A DNA stretch of 64,000 nucleotides, from NCBI GenBank assembly GCA_963781885.1, contig CAWAHW010000007.1:224001-288000 (forward strand). The letters are read 5' to 3'. Below the pieces are notes generated by a model. The model did not search any database. It saw nothing but the letters and a program-made list of their open reading frames with translations, and had not been told where the DNA came from. The number at the start of each line of letters is the position of its first letter. Within the stretch, counting starts at the first letter, position 1. A program made the translations under genes and the position numbers. This DNA comes from an uncultured Spirochaetota bacterium. Lineage in GTDB: Bacteria > Spirochaetota > Spirochaetia > SZUA-6 > Fen-1364. Shown here in pieces: positions 62,001 through 64,000 of this stretch.

Positions 62001-63008
62001 CTCGGGGCGTATGGCAGCTCCGTCCCGCAGGGGAGGTTCGACTTCGCGGAGAAGGTGGAGCTCACCGCGGGGCAGAACAAGATCGAGGTCTCCTGTATGA
62101 ACGAGAAAGGCGTGGAGTCCTTCCGCGCCCTCCGCTACGCCGAGTACAATGCCGTGGAGCGCGGGGACTTGTACTACCTGGGTATGGGCGTGTCTGACTA
62201 CCGCAGTCCCCAGATCAACGACCTCTCCTACGCGGCAAAGGACGCCACGGACCTGGAGGCGGCCTTCAAGAAGATGAATGGCGTCTTCCGCGCCATCCAT
62301 ACGCTGACGCTCACCGACTCAAAGGTGACGGTGGGCAACATCAAACGCGCGAAGGACTTCCTCTCCTCCGCGAAGCCCGAGGACGTGCTCGTCCTCTTCA
62401 TCGCGGGGCACGGGGTGCACGGCACGGATCCCGCGGCCACGTACTACTACGTCACCTGGGACGCCGAGCTCTCCAACCTCGCGGGGACGGCGGCTGACTT
62501 CGACCTTATCGAGGGGCTGCTCCAGGGGATCGGCCCCCGCAGGAAGCTCTTCCTGATGGACACCTGCGAGTCGGGGGAGCTCGACGACGAGGAGGCGTCC
62601 CCGGCGGGCGGGGAGCCCGGCGCGGGCGCGCGGGTCATCGGGAAGGACGCGCTCAGCAGGGGCTTGGGCATCGTGAAGATAGCCCCGAGCGTCCTGCGCG
62701 CCAAGGACCGCTACATCTGCAATGACCTCGTGCGGCGCTCCGGGGCCATCGTCTTCTCCAGCTGCCTCGGCAGCGAGTCCTCCTTCGAAAGCGATGAGTA
62801 TCAGAACGGGTACTTCACCACGAAGATCAAGGAGGCGCTCAGTTCGAAGGCGGCGGATGTCGACGGCGACGGCGCCGTCTCCACCGACGAGCTACGCGCT
62901 TATGTCTCCGCCGCGGTGCCGAAGATCAGCGACAACCTGCAGCACCCGACGGTGGACCGTGACAACCTCTACGTGAAGTTCGAGCTCCCGCAGGTTCCCA
63001 TGAAGTGA
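59055..63008 (+). CDS. Secreted PEGA, WD40 repeat and caspase (peptidase C14) protein
   Basis: Signal peptide, TEPPEADVYLDG PEGA, many FSPDG WD40 blades, AGHG and DTCESG dyad. Confidence 0.9.
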   Translation: MRIDARRFAAALILAAVVAFPPIARASARALVLPFMYEPELKSAAEQIEDTFRGIASASGRFDVPSKESMAAIVAETTADLVPVFDVRAGSRLAMFLMGDYFFMGAVRSRSGSLEVEIAYVDVLTQEELKRLTVKIDDPANARPVLETLFADLIRKEARQEEARAPATLAITTEPPEADVYLDGELKGRTPFVANAAPGWHQVHIRKPQYVDKYGDMQLESGKVQTFTLTLEQVRPITTSMRPSSPPPRVDYERYEAADQWHAVIQSAVSIANCLDFSPDGRFILTGGDTGELIVWTLDAQIVRKWSIGDAPVTSVRFSPDGGSFVFASGYGDTESSVSVWRVDGSVLLTLGHFSSTVNAVAFSPDGACIAAASGKTIRVWRLDGAPVCEMTGHGDDVDSIAFSPRGNRIVSGSSDKTVRTWDLEGRLLQTMEGHSGFVDGGVAYSPDGKLIASGSMDDTVKVWTEEGRLLRTLQGHRDAIQSVAFSPNGQCLVTADRLGDIRVWSLEGALLGAITAADGLRAVALSPDGEFLAVSTYLGLSVWKTDGTLAAEADWRKRTVNVVAASPHGGFFAAGSLDGKVALWGPDLSLKKAFLCNPDGKEFSSVQGMAFSPDGQSIATASTDRLAALWDLKGSLVRAFRAHDRQVNDVAFSPDGSQLASASDDGSVIAWNADGSGLKVLEGHTDKVNDVRVSPKGDLIASCSHDGTIRLWKPDGTPVKSLSLEKEWPVSLAFSPDGRNLLCGTGGWSAVPSHLLLWDLESGKTTRFPETGTWVSVAFSPDGKTFASAASVSAEGAVLKIWDVQGSLLKTFEGPGSSIHSLAYSADGKYVVAGMDNAAVIRRLDNGECVTLLAQGDEWIVYTPDGYFDASINGGDLIRMSRGFRTVGIEQFAVRNNRPDIILQRMGLGAQDQIVYYHSLFLKRLRKLGLAEGDLSTEEQAPLAQITDMRVDGKRAEIRFTLRDPGHRILSYNIWVNGVPILGAYGSSVPQGRFDFAEKVELTAGQNKIEVSCMNEKGVESFRALRYAEYNAVERGDLYYLGMGVSDYRSPQINDLSYAAKDATDLEAAFKKMNGVFRAIHTLTLTDSKVTVGNIKRAKDFLSSAKPEDVLVLFIAGHGVHGTDPAATYYYVTWDAELSNLAGTAADFDLIEGLLQGIGPRRKLFLMDTCESGELDDEEASPAGGEPGAGARVIGKDALSRGLGIVKIAPSVLRAKDRYICNDLVRRSGAIVFSSCLGSESSFESDEYQNGYFTTKIKEALSSKAADVDGDGAVSTDELRAYVSAAVPKISDNLQHPTVDRDNLYVKFELPQVPMK

Positions 63009-63144
63009 GGCCCTTTTGGGGGGCACCCTTATGCCTTCAGGTCACACTCTCGGGCAAGGCCTCCATCGTCCTCATATCCAACCGCTTGCCGGAAGACTTG
63101 CACGTCATATTCCCCGATCTCGTCGTGCGCTCGGCCGATGCCGC

Positions 63145-63720
63145 CTACGCCGCGCCGTTCTTGATCAGAGTCCGCACGAATGCGGCCCGACATTCGGGAT
63201 CGGCGAGGTCGAGGGCGGGCAGCTTTTCAAACAGGCCAGGGAACATGCCCGGAAAAATCGCTGCGGATACAAGCTGGGCCGCGCGCGTGGCCGCGGTTTG
63301 AGGATCGTTGTCCTCCACCACCTTGCACAGCTTGCCGACGACCTCAGCGAGGCTGTCACGGAGGGCCAGACCGACCTCCTGATCGGTGAGGTTTGTATAT
63401 AAAATGGCCTGCATCATGCGCGGCCAATCCAGGGCTCCGTTCAGGAGATAGAGGAGAACATCGAAAAGGCGCGCTGCCTCGGGCTCGGAGGTCTTGTCCA
63501 GGATGCTGATGATATCCCGGACGAAGTGATCGAAGCGATCGCGCAGCACCTGGGCGATCAGGACATCCTTGGAGCGAAAATAGTAATTGAGGGCCGCGAC
63601 GTTCACCCCGGCTTCCTGGGCTATGTCGCGGACGGTCAGGTTGGGCAGACCGTCGCGTTCGATGCAGGCGACGGCGGCCAGGACTATTCGGGCCGCCGGG
63701 CCGTCGCTGGGCTTTTGCAT
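63145..63720 (-). CDS. TetR/AcrR regulator
   Basis: LTVRDIAQEAGVNVAALNYYFRSKD. Confidence 0.88.
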   Translation of the reverse strand: MQKPSDGPAARIVLAAVACIERDGLPNLTVRDIAQEAGVNVAALNYYFRSKDVLIAQVLRDRFDHFVRDIISILDKTSEPEAARLFDVLLYLLNGALDWPRMMQAILYTNLTDQEVGLALRDSLAEVVGKLCKVVEDNDPQTAATRAAQLVSAAIFPGMFPGLFEKLPALDLADPECRAAFVRTLIKNGAA

Positions 63721-63774
63721 GCCGGTAAAGTACGCCCGGACCCCGGGGTCGCGCAAGGCCGTGCCGCGAAATGC

Positions 63775-64000
63775 TCAGAGATACCGCTCCACCCAATCCA
63801 ATATTCGGGTGGTTGCGAAGGCGAAGGCGCCCGTCTGCACGTGTAAATGGGCCGTATCCTCGGCGCTGAACTTCAGGTACTCCTTGGGACAGCGCAGGGC
63901 CTCATAGAGGTCTTTGGCTTGGCCGTATTCCTCACCGTCGCCATCAATGACCAAGACCCGTGTCTTAATCAGGGAGACGTCGTCGGTCGCGTTGAAACTT
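63775..64000 (-). CDS. Alpha/beta hydrolase C-terminus (partial)
   Basis: Manual translation ..VLVIDGDGEEYGQAKDLYEALRCPKEYLKFSAEDTAHLHVQTGA..ILDWVERYL*. Confidence 0.65.
   Translation of the reverse strand, partial: SFNATDDVSLIKTRVLVIDGDGEEYGQAKDLYEALRCPKEYLKFSAEDTAHLHVQTGAFAFATTRILDWVERYL

Overview
GC-rich bacterial DNA, most likely a Spirochaetota member. This is inferred from the 'AFASGAGE'-type solute-binding signal peptide, a Treponema-like Lgt, a FapA gene and a spirochaete-type 'ELAGNAKKANTKR' GHKL protein. About 30 kb (9.2-39 kb) is one phosphorus super-cluster. It contains pstSCAB with a coupled PAS-PAS hybrid kinase; a partner-switching set (STAS, CBS-PP2C phosphatase, GHKL ATPase); a polyphosphate block (CYTH, Ppx, two thymidylate-kinase-like proteins, CYTH-CHAD, ParA); two small RHH-like paralogues plus a Lys-tailed collagen-like protein; phnXW; phnGHIJKLM followed by an acetyltransferase, an inositol-monophosphatase and a 2H phosphoesterase (no phnN/phnP); and phnDCEE. 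Nearly every promoter of the cluster, and one distant STAS gene at 45.9 kb, carries 11-bp-periodic (T/C)T(A/C)AC(A) direct repeats resembling Pho boxes. No phoB, phoR or phoU is in the window. The flanks hold lgt, epsilon-type nifSU, GH51, GH2 and sugar transport genes, an adenylate cyclase-TPR protein, a secreted WD40-caspase and TetR loci. A 24-bp tandem hairpin array precedes lgt. About eight frameshifts in otherwise intact genes suggest assembly indel errors. No rRNA, tRNA, CRISPR array or transposase was seen. All family calls come from motif recognition, not database searches.
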